A stretch of 64,000 nucleotides of DNA. Source: Eledone cirrhosa (taxonomy: Eukaryota). Below the pieces are notes generated by a model that had not been told where the DNA came from, did not search any database, and worked only from the letters and a program-made list of their open reading frames with translations. Position numbers and translations under genes: made by a program. Position 1 is the stretch's first letter. Every line of letters starts with the position of its first letter. Where the stretch lies: NCBI GenBank assembly GCA_964016885.1, contig OZ024743.1, forward strand, positions 181,412,001-181,476,000, read 5' to 3'. Positions 50,001-64,000 of this stretch are shown in pieces.

Positions 50001-51897
50001 TGTTGTTATTGGTGGTGGTTTGGTGATTGTGTTGTTGTTGTTGTTGTTATTATTGGTGGTGGTTTGGTGATTGTGTTGTTGTTGTTGTTATTATTGGTGG
50101 TGGTTTGCTAATTGTGTTGTTGTTGTTGTTATTATTGGTGGTGGTTTGGTAATTGTGTTGTTGTTGTTATTATTGGTGGTGGTTTGGTAATTGTGTTGTT
50201 GTTGTTGTTATTATTGGTGGTGGTTTGCTAATTGTGTTGTTGTTGTTGTTATTATTGGTGGTGGTTTGGTAATTGTGTTGTTGTTGTTGTTATTATTGGT
50301 GGTGGTTTGGTAATTGTGTTGTTGTTGTTGTTATTATTGGTGGTAGTTTGGTAATTGTGTTGTTGTTGTTATTATTATTGGTGGTGGTTTGGTAATTGTG
50401 TTGTTGTTGTTGTTATTATTGGTGGTGGTTTGGTGATTGTGTTGTTGTTGTTGTTATTATTGGTGGTAGTTTGGTGATTGTGTTGTTGTTGTTGTTATTA
50501 TTGGTGGTGGTTTGGTGATTGTGTTGTTGTTGTTGTTGTTGTTGTTATTGGTGGTGGTTTGGTAATTGTGTTGTTGTTGTTGTTGTTGTTATTGGTGGTG
50601 GTTTGGTGATTGTGTTGTTGTTGTTGTTATTATTGGTGGTGGTTTGGTAATTGTGTTGTTGTTGTTGTTATTATTGGTGGTGGTTTGGTGATTGTGTTGT
50701 TGTTGTTGTTATTATTGGTGGTGGTTTGGTAATTGTGTTGTTGTTGATTGGTGGTGGTTTGGTAATTGTGTTGTTGTTGTTGTTGTTATTGGTGGTGGAT
50801 TGGTGATTGTGTTGTTGTTGTTGTTGTTATTATTGGTGGTGGTTTGGTGATTGTGTTGTTGTTGTTGTTATTATTGGTGGTGGTTTGGTAATTGTGTTGT
50901 TGTTGTTGTTATTATTGGTGGTGGTTTGGTAATTGTGTTGTTGTTGTTGTTATTATTGGTGGTGGTTTGGTAATTGTGTTGTTGTTGTTGTTATTATTGG
51001 TGGTGGTTTGCTAATTGTGTTGTTGTTGTTGTTATTATTGGTGGTGGTTTGCTAATTGTGTTGTTGTTGTTGTTTTTATTGGTGGTGGTTTGGTGATTGT
51101 GTTGTTGTTGTTGTTATTATTGGTGGTGGTTTGGTGATTATGTTGTTGTTGTTATTATTATTGGTGGTGGTTTGGTAATTGTGTTGTTGTTGTTGTTATT
51201 ATTATTGGTGGTGGTTTGGTAATTGTGTTGTTGTTGTTGTTATTATTGGTGGTGGTTTGGTAATTGTGTTGTTGTTGTTGTTATTATTGGTGGTTCTTTG
51301 GTAATTGTGTTGTTGTTGTTGTTATTATTGGTGGTGGTTTGGTGATTGTGTTGTTGTTGTTGTTATTATTGGTGGTGGTTTGGTGATTGTGTTGTTGTTG
51401 TTGTTATTATTGGTGGTGGTTTGGTAATTGTGTTGTTGTTGTTGTTGTTATTGTTGGTGGTGGTTTGGTAATTGTGTTGTTGTTGTTGTTGTTGTTATTG
51501 GTGGTGGTTTGGTAATTGTGTTGTTGTTGTTGTTGTTATTGGTGGTGGTTTGGTAATTGTGTTGTTGTTGTTGTTGTTGTTGTTATTGGTGGTGGTTTGG
51601 TAATTGTGTTGTTGTTGTTGTTGTTGTTATTGGGTGGTTTGGTAATTGTGTTGTTGTTGTCGTTATTATTGGTGGTGGTTTGGTAATTGTGTTGTTGTTG
51701 TTGTTATTATTGGTGGTGGTTTGGTAATTGTGTTTTTGTTGTTGTTGTTGTTATTGGTGGCGGTTTGGTAATTGTGTTGTTGTTGTTGTTATTATTGGTG
51801 GTGGTTTGGTAATTGTGTTGTTGTTGTTGTTGTTATTGGTGGTGATTTGGTAATTGTGTTGTTGTTGTTGTTATTATTGGTGGTGGTTTGGTAATTG

Positions 51898-51928
<31 letters not shown>

Positions 51929-54718
51929 ATTGGTGGTGGTTTGGTAATTATGTTGTTGTTGTTGTTATTGGTGGTGGTTTGGTAATTGTGTTGTTGTTGT
52001 TGTTGTTATTGGTGGTGGTTTGGTAATTGTGTTCTTGTTGTTGTTGTTATTGGTGGTGGTTTGGTAATTGTGTTGTTGTTGTTGTTATTATTGGTGGTGG
52101 TTTGGTAATTGTGTTGTTGTTGTTGTTGTTATTGGTGGTGGTTTGGTAATTATGTTGTTGTTGTTGTTATTGGTGGTGGTTTGGTAATTGTGTTGTTGTT
52201 GTTGTTATTATTGGTGGTGGTTTGGTAATTGTGTTGTTGTTGTTGTTGTTGTTATTGGTGGTGGTTTGGTAATTGTGTTGTTGTTGTTGTTATTATTGGT
52301 GGTGGTTTGGTAATTGTGTTGTTGTTGTTGTTATTGGTGGTGGTTTGGTAATTGTGTTGTTGTTGTTGTTGTTATTGGTGGTTGTTTGGTAATTGTGTTG
52401 TTGTTGTTATTATTATTGGTGGTGGTTTGGTAATTGTGTTGTTGTTGTTGTTATTATTGGTGGTGGTTTGGTAATTGTGTTGTTGTTGTTGTTGTTATTA
52501 TTGGTGGTGGTTTGGTAATTGTGTTGTTCTTGTTGTTGTTATTGGTGGTGGTTTGGTAATTGTGTTGTTGTTGTTGTTGTTATTGGTGGTGGTTTGGTAA
52601 TTGTGTTGTTGTTGTTATTATTATTGGTGGTGGTTTGGTAATTGTGTTGTTGTTGTTGTTATTATTGGTGGTGGTTTGGTAATTGTGTTGTTGTTGTTGT
52701 TGTTATTATTGGTGGTGGTTTGGTAATTGTGTTGTTGTTGTTATTATTATTGGTGGTGGTTTGGTAATTGTGTTGTTGTTGTTGTTGTTATTATTGGTGG
52801 TGGTTTGGTAATTGTGTTGTTGTTGTTGTTATTATTGGTGGTGGTTTGGTAATTGTGTTGTTGTTGTTGTTATTATTGGTGGTGGTTTGGTAATTGTGTT
52901 GTTGTTGTTGTTATTATTGGTGGTGGTTTGGTAATTGTGTTGTTGTTGTTGTTATTATTGGTGGTGGTTTGGTAATTGTGTTGTTGTTGTTATTATTATT
53001 GGTGGTGGTTTGGTGATTGTGTTGTTGTTGATTGGTGGTGGTTTGGTAATTGTGTTGTTGTTGTTGTTGTTATTGGTGGTGGATTGGTGATTGTGTTGTT
53101 GTTGTTGTTGTTATTATTGGTGGTGGTTTGGTGATTGTGTTGTTGTTGTTGTTATTATTGGTGGTGGTTTGGTAATTGTGTTGTTGTTGTTGTTATTATT
53201 GGTGGTGGTTTGGTAATTGTGTTGTTGTTGTTGTTATTATTGGTGGTGGTTTGGTAATTGTGTTGTTGTTGTTGTTATTATTGGTGGTGGTTTGCTAATT
53301 GTGTTGTTGTTGTTGTTATTATTGGTGGTGGTTTGGTGATTGTGTTGTTGTTGTTGTTGTTGTTGTTATTGGTGGTGGTTTGGTAATTGTGTTGTTGTTG
53401 TTGTTGTTGTTATTGGTGGTGGTTTGGTGATTGTGTTGTTGTTGTTGTTATTATTGGTGGTGGTTTGGTAATTGTGTTGTTGTTGTTGTTATTATTGGTG
53501 GTGGTTTGGTGATTGTGTTGTTGTTGTTGTTATTATTGGTGGTGGTTTGGTAATTGTGTTGTTGTTGATTGGTGGTGGTTTGGTAATTGTGTTGTTGTTG
53601 TTGTTGTTATTGGTGGTGGATTGGTGATTGTGTTGTTGTTGTTGTTGTTATTATTGGTGGTGGTTTGGTGATTGTGTTGTTGTTGTTGTTATTATTGGTG
53701 GTGGTTTGGTAATTGTGTTGTTGTTGTTGTTATTATTGGTGGTGGTTTGGTAATTGTGTTGTTGTTGTTGTTATTATTGGTGGTGGTTTGGTAATTGTGT
53801 TGTTGTTGTTGTTATTATTGGTGGTGGTTTGCTAATTGTGTTGTTGTTGTTGTTATTATTGGTGGTGGTTTGCTAATTGTGTTGTTGTTGTTGTTTTTAT
53901 TGGTGGTGGTTTGGTGATTGTGTTGTTGTTGTTGTTATTATTGGTGGTGGTTTGGTGATTATGTTGTTGTTGTTATTATTATTGGTGGTGGTTTGGTAAT
54001 TGTGTTGTTGTTGTTGTTATTATTATTGGTGGTGGTTTGGTAATTGTGTTGTTGTTGTTGTTATTATTGGTGGTGGTTTGGTAATTGTGTTGTTGTTGTT
54101 GTTATTATTGGTGGTTCTTTGGTAATTGTGTTGTTGTTGTTGTTATTATTGGTGGTGGTTTGGTGATTGTGTTGTTGTTGTTGTTATTATTGGTGGTGGT
54201 TTGGTGATTGTGTTGTTGTTGTTGTTATTATTGGTGGTGGTTTGGTAATTGTGTTGTTGTTGTTGTTGTTATTGTTGGTGGTGGTTTGGTAATTGTGTTG
54301 TTGTTGTTGTTGTTGTTATTGGTGGTGGTTTGGTAATTGTGTTGTTGTTGTTGTTGTTATTGGTGGTGGTTTGGTAATTGTGTTGTTGTTGTTGTTGTTG
54401 TTGTTATTGGTGGTGGTTTGGTAATTGTGTTGTTGTTGTTGTTGTTGTTATTGGGTGGTTTGGTAATTGTGTTGTTGTTGTCGTTATTATTGGTGGTGGT
54501 TTGGTAATTGTGTTGTTGTTGTTGTTATTATTGGTGGTGGTTTGGTAATTGTGTTTTTGTTGTTGTTGTTGTTATTGGTGGCGGTTTGGTAATTGTGTTG
54601 TTGTTGTTGTTATTATTGGTGGTGGTTTGGTAATTGTGTTGTTGTTGTTGTTGTTATTGGTGGTGATTTGGTAATTGTGTTGTTGTTGTTGTTATTATTG
54701 GTGGTGGTTTGGTAATTG

Positions 54719-54749
<31 letters not shown>

Positions 54750-57700
54750 ATTGGTGGTGGTTTGGTAATTATGTTGTTGTTGTTGTTATTGGTGGTGGTT
54801 TGGTAATTGTGTTGTTGTTGTTGTTGTTATTGGTGGTGGTTTGGTAATTGTGTTCTTGTTGTTGTTGTTATTGGTGGTGGTTTGGTAATTGTGTTGTTGT
54901 TGTTGTTATTATTGGTGGTGGTTTGGTAATTGTGTTGTTGTTGTTGTTGTTATTGGTGGTGGTTTGGTAATTATGTTGTTGTTGTTGTTATTGGTGGTGG
55001 TTTGGTAATTGTGTTGTTGTTGTTGTTATTATTGGTGGTGGTTTGGTAATTGTGTTGTTGTTGTTGTTGTTGTTATTGGTGGTGGTTTGGTAATTGTGTT
55101 GTTGTTGTTGTTATTATTGGTGGTGGTTTGGTAATTGTGTTGTTGTTGTTGTTATTGGTGGTGGTTTGGTAATTGTGTTGTTGTTGTTGTTGTTATTGGT
55201 GGTTGTTTGGTAATTGTGTTGTTGTTGTTATTATTATTGGTGGTGGTTTGGTAATTGTGTTGTTGTTGTTGTTATTATTGGTGGTGGTTTGGTAATTGTG
55301 TTGTTGTTGTTGTTGTTATTATTGGTGGTGGTTTGGTAATTGTGTTGTTCTTGTTGTTGTTATTGGTGGTGGTTTGGTAATTGTGTTGTTGTTGTTGTTG
55401 TTATTGGTGGTGGTTTGGTAATTGTGTTGTTGTTGTTATTATTATTGGTGGTGGTTTGGTAATTGTGTTGTTGTTGTTGTTATTATTGGTGGTGGTTTGG
55501 TAATTGTGTTGTTGTTGTTGTTGTTATTATTGGTGGTGGTTTGGTAATTGTGTTGTTGTTGTTATTATTATTGGTGGTGGTTTGGTAATTGTGTTGTTGT
55601 TGTTGTTGTTATTATTGGTGGTGGTTTGGTAATTGTGTTGTTGTTGTTGTTATTATTGGTGGTGGTTTGGTAATTGTGTTGTTGTTGTTGTTATTATTGG
55701 TGGTGGTTTGGTAATTGTGTTGTTGTTGTTGTTATTATTGGTGGTGGTTTGGTAATTGTGTTGTTGTTGTTGTTATTATTGGTGGTGGTTTGGTAATTGT
55801 GTTGTTGTTGTTATTATTATTGGTGGTGGTTTGGTAATTGTGTTGTTGTTGTTGTTATTATTGGTGGTGGTTTGGTAATTGTGTTGTTGTTGTTGTTATT
55901 ATTGGTGGTGGTTTGGTAATTGTGTTGTTGTTGTTGTTATTATTGGTGGTGGTTTGGTAATTGTGTTGTTGTTGTTGTTATTATTGGTGGTGGTTTGGTA
56001 ATTGTGTTGTTGTTGTTGTTATTATTGGTGGTGGTTTGGTAATTGTGTTGTTGTTGTTGTTATTATTGGTGGTGGTTTGGTAATTGTGTTGTTGTTGTTG
56101 TTATTATTGGTGGTGGTCTGGTAATTGTGTTGTTGTTGTTGTTATTATAGGTGGTGGTTTGGTAATTGTGTTGTTGTTGTTGTTATTATTGTTGGTGGTT
56201 TGGTAATTGCGTTATTGTTGTTATTATTATTGGTGGTGGTTTGGTAATTGTGTTGTTGTTGTTGTTGTTATTATTGGTGGTGGTTTGGTAATTGCGTTAT
56301 TGTTGTTATTATTATTGGTGGTGGTTTGGTAATTCTGTTGTTGTTGTTGTTGTTATTATTGGTGGTGGTTTGGTAATTGTGTTGTTGTTGTTGTTATTAT
56401 TGGTGGTGGTTTGCTAATTGTGTTGTTGTTGTTGTTATTATTGGTGGTGGTTTGCTAATTATGTTGTTATTGTTATTATTATTGGTGGTGGTTTGGTAAT
56501 TGTGTTGTTGTTGTTGTTATTATTGGTGGTGGTTTGGTGATTGTGTTGTTGTTGTTGTTATTATTGGTGGTGGTTTGGTGATTGTGTTATTGTAGTTGTT
56601 ATTATTGGTGGTGGTTTGGTGATTGTGTTGTTGTTGTTGTTGTTGTTATTGGTGGTGGTTTGGTAATTGTGTTGTTGTTGTTGTTGTTGTTATTGGTGGT
56701 GGTTTGGTGATTGTGTTGTTGTTGTTATTATTGGTGGTGGTTTGGTAATTGTGTTGTTGTTGTTGTTATTATTGGTGGTGGTTTGGTAATTGTGTTGTTG
56801 TTGTTGTTATTATTGGTGGTGGTTTGGTGATTGTGTTGTTGTTGTTGTTATCATTGGTGGTGGTTTGGTAATTGTGTTGTTGTTGATTGGTGGTGGTTTG
56901 GTAATTGTGTTGTTGTTGTTGTTGTTATTGGTGGTGGTTTGGTGATTGTGTTGTTGTTGTTGTTGTTATTATTGGTGGTGGTTTGGTGATTGTGTTGTTG
57001 TTGTTGTTATTATTGGTGGTGGTTTGCTAATTGTGTTGTTGTTGTTGTTATTATTGGTGGTGGTTTGGTAATTGTGTTGTTGTTGTTGTTATTATTGGTG
57101 GTGGTTTGGTAATTGTGTTGTTGTTGTTGTTATTATTGGTGGTGGTTTGCTAATTGTGTTGTTGTTGTTGTTATTATTGGTGGTGGTTTGGTAATTGTGT
57201 TGTTGTTGTTGTTATTATTGGTGGTGGTTTGGTAATTGTGTTGTTGTTGTTGTTATTATTGGTGGTAGTTTGGTAATTGTGTTGTTGTTGTTATTATTAT
57301 TGGTGGTGGTTTGGTAATTGTGTTGTTGTTGTTGTTATTATTGGTGGTGGTTTGGTGATTGTGTTGTTGTTGTTGTTATTATTGGTGGTTGTTTGGTGAT
57401 TGTGTTGTTGTTGTTGTTATTATTGGTGGTGGTTTGGTGATTGTGTTGTTGTTGTTGTTGTTGTTGTTATTGGTGGTGGTTTGGTAATTGTGTTGTTGTT
57501 GTTGTTGTTGTTATTGGTGGTGGTTTGGTGATTGTGTTGTTGTTGTTGTTATTATTGGTGATGGTTTGGTAATTGTGTTGTTGTTGTTGTTATTATTGGT
57601 GGTGGTTTGGTGATTGTGTTGTTGTTGTTATTATTGGTGGTGGTTTGGTAATTGTGTTGTTGTTGATTGGTGGTGGTTTGGTAATTGTGTTGTTGTTGTT

Positions 57701-58773
57701 GTTGGTATTGGTGGTGGTTTGGTGATTGTGTTGTTGTTGTTGTTGTTATTATTGGTGGTGGTTTGGTGATTGTGTTGTTGTTGTTGTTATTATTGGTGGC
57801 GGTTTGCTAATTGTGTTGTTGTTGTTGTTATTATTGGTGGTGGTTTGGTAATTGTGTTGTTGTTGTTGTTATTATTGGTGGTGGTTTGGTAATTGTGTTG
57901 TTGTTGTTGTTATTATTGGTGGTGGTTTGCTAATTGTGTTGTTGTTGTTGTTATTATTGGTGGTGGTTTGCTAATTGTGTTGTTGTTGTTGTTTTTATTG
58001 GTGGTGGTTTGGTGATTGTGTTGTTGTTGTTGTTATTATTGGTGGTGGTTTGGTGATTGTGTTGTTGTTGTTATTATTATTGGTGGTGGTTTGGTAATTG
58101 TGTTGTTGTTGTTGTTATTATTATTGGTGGTGGTTTGGTAATTGTGTTGTTGTTGTTGTTATTATTGGTGGTGGTTTGGTAATTGTGTTGTTGTTGTTGT
58201 TATTATTGGTGGTTCTTTGGTAATTGTGTTGTTGTTGTTGTTATTATTGGTGGTGGTTTGGTGATTGTGTTGTTGTTGTTGTTATTATTGGTGGTGGTTT
58301 GGTGATTGTGTTGTTGTTGTTGTTATTATTGGTGGTGGTTTGGAAATTGTGTTGTTGTTGTTGTTGTTGTTATTAGTGGTGGTTTGGTAATTGTGTTGTT
58401 GTTGTTGTTGTTATTGGTGGTGGTTTGGTAATTGTGTTGTTGTTGTTGTTGTTGTTGTTATTGGTGGTGGTTTGGTAATTGTGTTGTTGTTGTTGTTGTT
58501 GTTATTGGGGTGGTTTGGTAATTGTGTTGTTGTTGTTGTTATTATTGGTGGTGGTTTGGTAATTGTGTTGTTGTTGTTGTTATTATTGGTGGTGGTTTGG
58601 TAATTGTGTTTTTGTTGTTGTTGTTGTTATTGGTGGTGGTTTGGTAATTGTGTTGTTGTTGTTGTTATTATTGGTGGTGGTTTGGTAATTGTGTTGTTGT
58701 TGTTGTTGTTATTGGTGGTGGTTTGGTAATTGTGTTGTTGTTGTTGTTATTATTGGTGGTGGTTTGGTAATTG

Positions 58774-58828
<55 letters not shown>

Positions 58829-59501
58829 ATTGGTGGTGGTTTGGTAATTATGTTGTTGTTGTTGTTATTGGTGGTGGTTTGGTAATTGTGTTGCTGTTGT
58901 TGTTGTTATTGGTGGTGGTTTGGTGATTGTGTTGTTGTTGTTGTTGTTATTGGTGGTGGTTTGGTAATTGTGTTGTTGTTGTTGTTATTAATGGTCGTGG
59001 TTTGGTAATTGTGTTGTTGTTGTTGTTGTTATTGGTGGTGGTTTGGTAATTGTGTTGATGTTGTTGTTGTTGTTGTTGTCGTTATTAGTGGCGTTTGGTA
59101 ATTGTGTTGTGTTGTTATTGGTGGTGGTTTGCTAATTGTGTTGTTGTTGTTGTTGTTGTTGTTATTGGTGGTGGTTTGGTAATTGTGTTGTTTTTGTTGT
59201 TGTTGTTGTTATTGGTGGTGGTTTGGTAATTGTGTTGTTGTTGTTGTTGTTGTTATTGGTGGTGGTTTGGTAATTGTCTTTTGTTGGTGTTGTTATTGGT
59301 GGTGGTTTGGTAATTGTGTTGTTGTGGTTGTTGTTGTTGTTGTTGTTATTGGTGGTGGTGTGTTAATTGTGTTGTTGTTGTTGTTATTGGTTGTGGTTTG
59401 GGAATTGTGATGTTGTTGTTGTTGTTGTTGTTATTGGTGGTGGTTTGGTAATTGTGTTGTTGTTGTTGTTGTTATTGTTATTGTTGGTGGTTTGGTAATT
59501 G

Positions 59502-59532
<31 letters not shown>

Positions 59533-60511
59533 ATTGGTGGTGGTTTGGTAATTGTGTTGGGGTTGTTGTTGTTATTGGTGGTGGTTTGGTAATAGTGTTG
59601 TTGTTGTTGTTGTTATTGGTGGTGATTTGGTAATTGTGTTGTTGTTGTTGTTGTTATTGGTGGTGATTTGTTAATTGTGTTGTTGTTGTTGTTATTATTG
59701 GTGGTGGTTTGGTAATTGTGTTGTTGTTGTTGATATTGGTGGAGGTTTACTGATTGTGTTGTTGTTGTTGTTGTTGTTATTGGTGGTGGTTTGGTAATTG
59801 TGTTGTTGTTGTTATTATTGCTGGTGGTTTGGTAATTGTGTTGTTGTTGTTGTTGTTATTGGTGGTGATTTGGTAATTGTGTTGTTGTTGTTGTTGTTAT
59901 TGGTGGTGGTTTGGTAATTGTGTTGTTGTTGTTGTTGTTATTGGTGGTGATTTGGTGATTGTGTTGTTGTTGTTGTTATTATTGGTGGTGGTTTGGTGAT
60001 TGTGTTGTTGTTGTTGTTATTATTGGTGGTGGTTTGGTAATTGTGTTGTTGTTGTTGTTGTTATTGTTGGTGGTGGTTCGGTAATTGTGTTGTTGTTGTT
60101 GTTGTTGTTATTAGTGGTGGTTTGGTAATTGTGTTGTTGTTGTTGTTGTTATTGGTGGTGGTTTGGTAATTGTGTTGTTGTTGTTGTTGTTGTTGTTATT
60201 GGTGGTGTTTTGGTAATTGTGTTGTTGTTGTTGTTGTTGTTATTGGGGTGGTTTGGTAATTGTGTTGTTGTTGTTGTTATTATTGGTGGTGGTTTGGTAA
60301 TTGTGTTGTTGTTGTTGGTATTATTGGTGGTGGTTTGGTAATTGTGTTTTTGTTGTTGTTGTTGTTATTGGTGGTGGTTTGGTAATTGTGTTGTTGTTGT
60401 TGTTATTATTGGTGGTGGTTTGGTAATTGTGTTGTTGTTGTTGTTGTTATTGGTGGTGGTTTGGTAATTGTGTTGTTGTTGTTGTTATTATTGGTGGTGG
60501 TTTGGTAATTG

Positions 60512-60542
<31 letters not shown>

Positions 60543-61215
60543 ATTGGTGGTGGTTTGGTAATTATGTTGTTGTTGTTGTTATTGGTGGTGGTTTGGTAAT
60601 TGTGTTGCTGTTGTTGTTGTTATTGGTGGTGGTTTGGTGATTGTGTTGTTGTTGTTGTTGTTATTGGTGGTGGTTTGGTAATTGTGTTGTTGTTGTTGTT
60701 ATTAATGGTCGTGGTTTGGTAATTGTGTTGTTGTTGTTGTTGTTATTGGTGGTGGTTTGGTAATTGTGTTGATGTTGTTGTTGTTGTTGTTGTTGTTATT
60801 AGTGGCGTTTGGTAATTGTGTTGTGTTGTTATTGGTGGTGGTTTGCTAATTGTGTTGTTGTTGTTGTTGTTGTTGTTATTGGTGGTGGTTTGGTAATTGT
60901 GTTGTTTTTGTTGTTGTTGTTGTTATTGGTGGTGGTTTGGTAATTGTGTTGTTGTTGTTGTTGTTGTTATTGGTGGTGGTTTGGTAATTGTCTTTTGTTG
61001 GTGTTGTTATTGGTGGTGGTTTGGTAATTGTGTTGTTGTGGTTGTTGTTGTTGTTGTTGTTATTGGTGGTGGTGTGTTAATTGTGTTGTTGTTGTTGTTA
61101 TTGGTTGTGGTTTGGGAATTGTGATGTTGTTGTTGTTGCTGTTGTTATTGGTGGTGGTTTGGTAATTGTGTTGTTGTTGTTGTTGTTATTGTTATTGTTG
61201 GTGGTTTGGTAATTG

Positions 61216-61246
<31 letters not shown>

Positions 61247-64000
61247 ATTGGTGGTGGTTTGGTAATTGTGTTGGGGTTGTTGTTGTTATTGGTGGTGGTT
61301 TGGTAATAGTGTTGTTGTTGTTGTTGTTATTGGTGGTGATTTGGTAATTGTGTTGTTGTTGTTGTTGTTATTGGTGGTGATTTGTTAATTGTGTTGTTGT
61401 TGTTGTTATTATTGGTGGTGGTTTGGTAATTGTGTTGTTGTTGTTGATATTGGTGGAGGTTTACTGATTGTGTTGTTGTTGTTGTTGTTATTGGTGGTGG
61501 TTTGGTAATTGTGTTGTTGTTGTTATTATTGCTGGTGGTTTGGTAATTGTGTTGTTGTTGTTGTTGTTATTGGTGGTGATTTGGTAATTGTGTTGTTGTT
61601 GTTGTTGTTATTGGTGGTGGTTTGGTAATTGTGTTGTTGTTGTTGTTGTTATTGGTGGTGATTTGGTAATTGTGTTGTTGTTGTTGTTGTTATTGGTGGT
61701 GATTTGGTAATTGTGTTGTTGTTGCTATTATTGGTGGTGGTTTGATAATTGTGTTGTTGTTGTTGTTATTATTGGTGGTGGTTTGGTAATTGTTTTGTTG
61801 TTGTTGTTATTGGTGGAGGTTTGGTAATTGTGTCGTTGTGTCGTTGTTGTTGTTGTTATTGGTGGTGGTTTGGTAATTGTGTTGTTGTTGTTGTTGTTGT
61901 TATTGGTGTTGGTTTGGTAATTGTGTTGTTGTTGTTGTTATTGGTGGAGGTTTGGTAATTGTGTTGTTGTTGTTGTTATTATTGGTGGTGGTTTGGTAAT
62001 TGTGTTGTTGTTGTTGTTATTATTGGTGGTGGTTGGGTAATTGTGTTGTTGTTGTTGTTATTATTGGTGGTAGTTTGGTAATTGTGTTGTTGTTGTTATT
62101 ATTATTGGTGGTGGTTTGGTAATTGTGTTGTTGTTGTTGTTATTATTGGTGGTGGTTTGGTGATTGTGTTGTTGTTGTTGTTATTATTGGTGGTGGTTTG
62201 GTGATTGTGTTGTTGTTGTTGTTGTTGTTGTTATTGGTGGTGGTTTGGTAATTGTGTTGTTGTTGTTGTTGTTGTTATTGGTGGTGGTTTGGTGATTGTG
62301 TTGTTGTTGTTGTTATTATTGGTGGTGGTTTGGTAATTGTGTTGTTGTTGTTGTTATTATTGGTGGTGGTTTGGTGATTGTGTTGTTGTTGTTGTTATTA
62401 TTGGTGGTGGTTTGGTAATTGTGTTGTTGTTGTTGTTATTATTGGTGGTGGTTTGCTAATTGTGTTGTTGTTGTTGTTATTATTGGTGGTGGTTTGCTAA
62501 TTGTGTTGTTGTTGTTTTTATTGGTGCTGGTTTGGTGATTGTGTTGTTGTTGTTGTTATTATTGGTGGTGGTTTGGTGATTGTGTTGTTGTTGTTATTAT
62601 TATTGGTGGTGGTTTGGTAATTGTGTTGTTGTTGTTATTATTATTGGTGGTGGTTTGGTAATTGTGTTGTTGTTGTTGTTATTATTGGAGGTGGTTTGGT
62701 AATTGTGTTGTTGTTGTTGTTATTATTGGTGGTTCTTTGGTAATTGTGTTGTTGTTGTTGTTATTATTGGTGGTGGTTTGGTAATTGTGTTGTTGTTGTT
62801 GTTATTATTGGTGGTGGTTTGGTGATTGTGTTGTTGTTGTTGTTATTATTGGTGGTGGTTTGGTGATTGTGTTGTTGTTGTTGTTATTATTGGTGGTGGT
62901 TTGGTAATTGTGTTGTTGTTGTTGTTGTTATTGTTGGTGGTGGTTTGGTAATTGTGTTGTTGTTGTTGTTGTTGTTATTGGTGGTGGTTTGGTAATTGTG
63001 TTGTTGTTGTTGTTGTTATTGGTGGTGGTTTGGTAATTGTGTTGTTGTTGTTGTTGTTGTTGTTATTGGTGGTGGTTTGGTAATTGTGTTGTTGTTGTTG
63101 TTGTTGTTGTTATTGGGGTGGTTTGGTAATTGTATTGTTGTTGTTGTTATTATTGGTGGTGGTTTGGTAATTGTGTTATTGTTGTTGTTATTATTGGTGG
63201 TGGTTTGGTAATTGTGTTTTTGTTGTTGTTGTTGTTATTGGTGGTGGTTTGGTAATTGTGTTGTTGTTGTTGTTATTATTGGTGGTGGTTTGGTAATTGT
63301 GTTGTTGTTGTTGTTGTTATTGGTGGTGTTTTGGTAATTGTGTTGTTGTTGTTGTTATTATTGGTGGTGGTTTGGTAATTGTGTTGTTGTTGTTGTTGTT
63401 GTTGTTGTTATTGGTGGTGGTTTGGTAATTATGTTGTTGTTGTTGTTGTTATTGGTGGTGGTTTGGTAATTGTGTTGCTGTTGTTGTTGTTATTGGTGGT
63501 GGTTTGGTGATTGTGTTGTTGTTGTTGTTGTTATTGGTGGTGGTTTGGTAATTGTGTTGTTGTTGTTGTTATTATTGGTCGTGGTTTGGTAATTGTGTTG
63601 TTGTTGTTGTTGTTATTGGTGGTGGTTTGGTAATTGTGTTGATGTTGTTGTTGTTGTTGTTGTTGTTGTTATTAGTGGCGTTTGGTAATTGTGTTGTGTT
63701 GTTATTGGTGGTGGTTTGCTAATTGTGTTGTTGTTGTTGTTGTTGTTATTGGTGGTGGTTTGGTAATTGTGTTGTTTTTGTTGTTGTTGTTGTTATTGGT
63801 GGTGGTTTGGTAATTGTGTTGTTGTTGTTGTTGTTGTTATTGGTGGTGGTTTGGTAATTGTCTTTTGTTGTTGTTGTTATTGGTGGTGGTTTGGTAATTG
63901 TGTTGTTGTGGTTGTTGTTGTTGTTGTTGTTATTGGTGGTGGTGTGTTAATTGTGTTGTTGTTGTTGTTATTGGTGGTGGTTTGGGAATTGTGATGTTGT
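47045..64000. repeat. G/T-rich ~41-bp compound satellite, ~17 kb, open at the window end
   Basis: Unit GGTGGTGGTTTGGT(A/G)ATTGT(GTT)n(ATT)m. Confidence 0.98.

Noticed and set aside
58391-63994. Cys/Val/Leu-rich ORFs in the terminal array
   Set aside because: They are translations of the satellite.

Overview
This is eukaryotic, repeat-saturated animal DNA with no recognisable host protein-coding gene. The SINE families and microsatellite load suggest an octopus/cephalopod genome (inference). Bases 1-27 kb hold a cluster of non-LTR retrotransposons sitting in microsatellites: three full-length but decayed Tx1-clade (L1 group) elements with a CCHC ORF1 and an APE-RT-CCHC ORF2, two 5'-truncated tandem partners, one rearranged copy, and several R4/Dong-type restriction-like-endonuclease fragments. 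Bases 27-47 kb are AT-rich DNA with SINEs, MITE-like fold-backs, RTE-derived pieces, a 46-bp satellite and several ORF-less Penelope-like repeats carrying hammerhead ribozyme cores. Bases 47-64 kb are a strand-asymmetric G/T-rich ~41-bp satellite with higher-order periods. Best leads: (1) a 5' splice-site consensus overlaps the ORF1 stop in all three divergent Tx1 elements, and a 3' splice-site-like YTGTAG forms the ORF2 stop, so ORF2 may be a removable intron; (2) four unrelated hammerhead-bearing repeat families occur, mostly as inverted pairs, with stem II ranging from 12 to ~100 nt; (3) retroelement families partition by microsatellite motif and strand.
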